A stretch of 64,000 bases of DNA from positions 35,071,990-35,135,989 of the forward strand of contig NC_052158.1 in assembly GCF_902713615.1 (NCBI RefSeq), written 5' to 3'. This DNA is from Scyliorhinus canicula. Its lineage: Eukaryota. Below, in pieces: positions 58,472 to 64,000 of this stretch. The translations under genes were made by a program, and so were the position numbers. The notes below the pieces were generated by a model that worked only from the letters and a program-made list of their open reading frames with translations, had not been told where the DNA came from and did no database searches. Each line of letters opens with the position of its first letter. The first letter of the stretch is position 1.

Positions 58472-59872
58472 CTTTATTTAAAAAAAAAACGAGAGGAAAA
58501 ACCAAATGTCAGATGTTTTTGGAAGTTAAATGATGGCAATTGAATCATTGTTACTGGGGTTTCCCAAACCGTGAGCCTCGCCTCCCACCTTCCATCTCCC
58601 CACCCTGGAGTGGGATGAGATTTTGGGGTCCTGATGTGACCTCCGAGGCAGAAAAATGGCTGCCGTGGAGCTCCAACTGGATTGCTTACACAGCTGCGAG
58701 GTCCCTTTAAATCCTTCCTTTTGTTTTTACTACAGGTGGGCCTGGCCTTAAGGACAGCTCTTTGAGGCCCCATTTCTGCTGCAAGAACAGAGAGCCTGTG
58801 AAAAGCTAGGGGTTTGTTTTACTTTTTTATCCCACAGTTCCAACATTTCTCACCAGACTGAACTTCAGACCGATAACACCCCTCCCCTCCTGCTGCGGAC
58901 AGGAGCTCAAACACAAAATCCCCCCCCCCCCCCCCCCCCCCCGCAGGAGGTCTGAGGTATTAAAATGGGGTCGCAGTGGCAAAAGGTTCAGGAAATTCAG
59001 CAATTTTAGCTGATGGAAAACAGGCAGAATGCTCGGACTGTCAGGCTGAAAACTCAATCTGGCAAAGCCTGCATCTGTGATGAGGCCTAGTCTGTTTGGT
59101 CCTGTCAGATTAGCGCATCCTTTTCCACTCCCCTCTTTGTTCTCTCAATGGCATTCCCTGCATCGCTCTGTTTTCAATCAAGTTGCTTCACGGAATGTGG
59201 GCGTCCCTGGCTAGCTCAACATTTATTGCCTCTTCCTAATTGTCCCTTTAGTAGGTGCTGGTGAGCCGACTTCCTGAACCTCTGCAGTCCCCGGGGTGTA
59301 GGTACACCCACTGTGCTGTTAGGAAGGGATTTTGACCCAGCGATAGTGAATGAACGGCGATAAATTTTCAAGTCAGGTTGGTGAGTGACTCGGAGGGGAG
59401 TCTCCAACTGGTGGTGGTCCCTGGGTATCTGCTGCTTTTGTCCTTCTGGATGGTCGTGGTCATAGGTTTGGAAGGTGTTGCCTAAGGAGCCTTGGTGCGT
59501 TCCTGCAGTGCATCTTGTAGACGGTACACACGGCTGTGCGGAGGGAGTGGAGGGAGTGAATGTTTGTAGAAGGGGTACCAATCAAGCGGGGCTGCTTTGT
59601 CCTGGATGGTGTTGAGCTTCTTGAGTGTTGTTGGAGTTGCACTCATCCAGGCAAGTGGGGAATATTCCAGTACACTCGTGGTGCCTTGTGGTGGACAGGT
59701 GTTCTGGGGGTCTGTTTTATACTGTGCTGGTCTTTGTGTTTCTCAGTCCACCTAATGGTGGGATCCGTTGGGATTCTATCACTTTTATCCAGCCAGAGAG
59801 TGAGGAAACAATGCAGCAATCACTGCAGCACAGAAAGCCCTCGAATAAACCTACAGCGTCTGGCGTTTTCAT

Positions 59873-60210
59873 TAGAACATAGAACATTACAGCACAGAAC
59901 AGGCCCTTCGGCCCTCGATGTTGTGCCGAGCAATAATCACCCTACTCAAACCCACGTATCCACCCATACCCAACAACCCCCCCCCTTAACCTTACTTTTT
60001 TTTTAGGACACTACGGGCAATTTAGCATGGCCAATCCACCTAACCCGCACATCTTTGGACTGTGGGAGGAAACCGGAGCACCCGGAGGAAACCCACGCAC
60101 ACACGGGGAGGACGTGCAGACTCCGCACAGACAGTGACCCAGCCGGGAATCGAACCTGGGACCCTGGAGCTGTGAAGCATTTATGCTAACCACCATGCTA
60201 CCGTGCTGCC
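59873..60210 (-). mobile_element. HE1-type SINE, young subfamily
   Basis: Near-identical to 35730-36072. Confidence 0.9.
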
Positions 60211-61964
60211 CATCTTCAATCGGAAATCTTTGAACACTCTTTGAAAGAGGTGCTCAATTAATCTCACTCCCCTCCTCTACCCTCCAGAGCCTTGCAAATT
60301 GTTTCCTTTTGAAGTCCAATTCCTTTTTGAATGTAAGAACTGAATCTGATCCTGATGCTCTTTCAGGCACCTCTCCCTTGGGATACCGTAAGGATTTTCC
60401 CACTCGCGGGAGAGGTCAGAACCAGGGGACAGAATTTACGAATACGAGGCTGAGATGAGGAGAATTGTTTTCTCTCAAAGTGTCCATTGATTTTTGTGGG
60501 CTTTGCTTGCCCAGCAAGCGGTGGGGGTTGGGTCATTGAATCTTTTCAAGGCCCACATCAGCCATATTTTAAATAGACAGTAGGGCAGATGTGGAACTGA
60601 GACCCCAACCAAATAAGCTGCGATCTTACTGAAAATTGAAGCAGGCTCCAAGGCTTAATCCTGCTCCTATGCCCTCTGGGTATCTCCGACTGTGTGGGGC
60701 TGGAGGAGATCACAGTGATGGGAGTTTGGGAATTAATATTGAATTGTTCAACTGGGAGCCTGTGTATGTTTTTAAAATTTGTTCACGGATTGAGGGCATG
60801 GCTGGCTGGGCCAGCATTTATTGTCCATCCCTGAGAGCATTTATGTATCAACCACGTTGCTGTGGATCTAGGACAGACCTGGTCAGGACAATATATTCCC
60901 TTCCCTGAAGGGTATTGTTGAAGCAGTTGGGTATTCTTACAATAACTGTTAATGGTTTCATTGTCATCCAGCCGTGGTGGGATTTGAACCCAGGTCCCCA
61001 GAGCGTGAGCTCCGATCTCTGGATTACTAGTCCAGTGACAATACCGCTACATCACTGCCTCCCCACTGTGGGATTGGGGTGGTGGGGATGGGGTGATTGG
61101 TGAATGGGATTTGGAGCGAGCTAAGACATGGGCAGCTGAGGTTTGGATGATCTCAGATTAATGGAGGATATCACGGGATAGGCCGGCCAGGAAGGAATGG
61201 GCTATAGTCGAGTCTGGAGGTAACAAAATGTGGAGATAAAGGTTTCAGCAGCAGATGAGTAGAGGCCTCTGTTGCATCTCCAGCCAGGATTACTGCTGGC
61301 ATGGTCACTGGTGTCTGTGGAGGTTCCCAGACAGTTTTTTTTGGATGCTCATTCTTGAGGGAGATTAAGTACGGCAGGCGCACCAGTCGCTGTAATGCCA
61401 GCGATCTCCCAGGATGAGCGAGGTGGGCAAAGGGACGGAAGCAAAACCCCTGCTTTAACAGGGCAACTCCCTAGTGAAAGAGCACAACAGGATTAAAAGT
61501 GGGGGGGCAGCCAATGGCAGACGTCCTGCGTTGCTGTCGAGGTGACGGAAACCAGATTGTGGGGGTGTGGCGTTTGTCCCTTTCAGCAGAGTAACCTGTC
61601 TTGGTTGATCTTCAGCAGAGTAACCTGTCTTGGTTGATCAATCAGGGGGCACAGAGTGGGGAAAGATCCCAGGGGGAAGAGTTCCCCTCGGGCAGAGGTA
61701 TTTTAGAAAGAGCGGCAAGCATGATGTCCTGAAGATCATTTGTTTAAAAAAAAAATTCAATTTTTTCCCTACTAATTTCCGAAAGTTCATCATCACAAGA
61801 AGGGAAAGAGTGGGGGCATCTTGGGATCCAGCAAGGGATGGGCCATCGTATTGGGGCACCAATTGAGCAAAGGACTATGGGAACTTGACCCAAACATCTT
61901 CGAGCCCCTGATTGAGGGGGTGGACGAATCTTGTTATGGCTGCACAACTGCCTTGAGGAAGATG

Positions 61965-62173
61965 GTAAGAAGTCTTACAACACCAGGTTAAAGTCCAACA
62001 GGTTTGTTTCAAACACGAGCTTTCGGAGCACGGCTCCTTCTTCAGGTGAATCTGAAGAAGGAGCCGTGCTCCGAAAGCTCGTGTTTGAAACAAACCTGTT
62101 GGACTTTAACCTGGTGTTGTAAGACTTCTTACTGTGCTCACCCCAGTCCAACGCCGGCATCTCCACATCATGG
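61965..62173. mobile_element. Penelope-type terminal fragment forming a perfect 81-bp inverted repeat with hammerhead motifs
   Basis: Arms 61965-62045 and 62052-62132, spacer GTGAAT; CTGAAGA-A-GGAGC-CGT-GCTCC-GAAA-GCTC on both strands. Confidence 0.8.
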
Positions 62174-62828
62174 CTTGAGGAAGATGGACTGCTTTCAAAG
62201 AATGGTAACTGCCAATAATAAGAGATTGAAAACAGACTTAAATATCAGATAGCTTCTACCATTGGGGGGGGACGCTTTTCAGAAAAACCCGCAGCTGTTC
62301 TAACTAACGAGGAACTTGGCAAGCAAGACATCAAACGAACAGGTGTATCCTGATACTGTGCAAAGAGAGGGCTGGGGCAGGAGGGATGGGTGGGGGGATA
62401 ATTTTAACCTATAATTTCTGATATGAAGCGAACGGGGTGGTGACCCATTTTATTCCAGGCTGTGTTTGGACTCTCAGAAACTGGGAATGGAATTGCCCGA
62501 AAGGCTGTGATCCCTGACGTCTCTGGGGGGGCGGGCGGGAATCGAGGCCAACTGGAATTTTCCGTTCGATCACCGAAATTAGGCCTCGAAATGAAGCTGC
62601 CCTAGAACATTCAGCCCCGGAAGCTGCTAGAAGCAATGGAGGGAGAAATTCAACAATGGGGTATCAAAGAACTGTGTGTGTTCTTTTATTCTAAAGATAT
62701 CGAAGAGCTATCCCGCCCAGCATTATCCTCCTCCCCCACCCCACTCTACTGCCCCAAGAAAGAGCTCCTCTAATAACAGCTCCAGGAATATGTCTGGCCA
62801 GTGTCAGCGCCCCCTACCCTCCCGTTAC

Positions 62829-63062
62829 CTGTAGGAACTGCAGGCTGTCATGTTGATTGGCAGCGGTCTGGCAGTATATGATGTCCTTCTGTATGGAGAT
62901 CAGCGCCCGCTGGATACCGCGCAGGTTTTCTTCCAAGGGCCGCAGCAGGCTGCGTGTGTGCTCGGCCAGCTCCTTCTTCAGGCCTCGCTCCCTCTCGTCC
63001 AGGAATTGCCGCATCCTAGCAAACTCCTCCGAGACGTGGTGCATCAGACCCTCGATCGTCCC
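62829..63062 (-). CDS. TRIM gene B, 234-nt coiled-coil exon (RING/B-box exons lie beyond the window end)
   Basis: GTIEGLMHHVSEEFARMRQFLDERE..DSLQFLQ. Acceptor ttccacag, donor gtaacg; same size and phase as the gene A exon. Confidence 0.9.
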
Positions 63063-63645
63063 CTGTGGAAGCAAAGGGGTGAACTCAGCAGCGGAGAGGG
63101 TGTCGGACACTGGAGAGCGATGGAGGAGCGAGGGCCGGTCGCACGCTTAAGACGGGCGCTAACCTTTTATTTCTGGGTTAGGATACATCACGCGGCAGAA
63201 ATTGACCTCTCGCGTCTCAGGCTGGGTGGCTTTGTGGGTCAGACATTGAGCTCTGGGAATGGGCAGTGTCAGGGGTCAGACATGGACCTTTCACCTCTGG
63301 GACTGTGAGCCATTGTGGGTCAAACACTGACCTTTCACATCCTAGACATACGTTCACATTGAAAACAGATGACCGAGATGGACATCCCTTTCTGCTTATC
63401 CTGTGTAAAATAACGCGAGCAGTCAACCCAATGTCCTTATGAGCCCGACATACAAAATTCTTCTTCTTTAGGGTTGTTGTCAGCCTTGGTCGGCATGACA
63501 GGGTAGCCTGTGATTTAGTCACCCTGCTGGAGCAGGTTGCTCACCCCTCAGACAGGGCATGGGTGAGAATAGAAGATTGACAGCTAGTGTGTAGGATCAA
63601 GCTGACGAAACACCTTTCCCCTGATCGGCACCACACCTATCCTAG

Positions 63646-64000
63646 GAGTGTTTGATGGGGACAGTGAAGTGGGAGCTTTACTCTGTCTCTAACCCTGTGC
63701 TGTACCTGCCCTGGGGGTGTTTGATGGGGGCAGTGTAGAGAGGGCTTTACTCTGTCTCTAACCCTGTGCTGTACCTGTCCTGGGGGTGTTTGATGGGGAC
63801 AGTGTAGAGGGAGCTTTACTCTGTCTCTAACCCTGTGCTGTACCTGCCCTGGGGGTGTTTGATGGGGGCAGTGTAGAGGGAGCTTTACTCTGTCTCTAAC
63901 CCTGTGCTGTACCTGTCCTGGGGGTGTTTGATGGGGGCAGTGTAGAGAGGGCTTTACTCTGTCTCTAACACCATGTTGTACCTGTCCTGGGAGAGTTTGA
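63646..64000 (+). repeat. 69-bp minisatellite array running off the window end
   Basis: Same unit with the variants TGTCTCTAAC and GGGGGTGTTT. Confidence 0.93.

Noticed and set aside
70-60196. Recurrent short ORFs such as SQLQGPRFDSRLGHCLCGVCTSSP and GNLAWPIHLTCTSL
   Set aside because: Translations of SINE copies in different frames, not a gene family.

Overview
Eukaryotic (vertebrate) genomic DNA. The repeat content (HE1-type tRNA-derived SINEs, CR1/L2/L1 LINE debris, Penelope-type termini, a 69-bp minisatellite) points to an elasmobranch, plausibly a catshark; this is inferred from repeat recognition only. Three spliced B30.2 (PRY-SPRY) genes can be reconstructed by hand. (1) A plus-strand butyrophilin-like gene: two or three hydrophobic phase-1 exons, then IgV, IgC, 39-nt and 27-nt linker exons and B30.2. 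I found no transmembrane exon between IgC and B30.2, and the B30.2 exon has a 1-nt frameshift. (2) A complete minus-strand class-IV TRIM gene (RING, B-box, coiled coil, PRY-SPRY; 6 coding exons, 464 aa) whose first intron holds a ~9.1 kb, extremely G-skewed compound satellite with a ~1.63 kb higher-order duplication. (3) The 3' four exons of a second tandem TRIM gene that starts beyond the window end. The rest is mostly transposon-derived. It includes Penelope-type inverted termini carrying minimal hammerhead ribozyme motifs, SINEs with swapped tails, and an inverted duplicated SINE+flank block. The very long ORFs at 40.6-50 kb are satellite artefacts. Exon boundaries were read to the base; repeat boundaries are approximate. 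No database searches were run.
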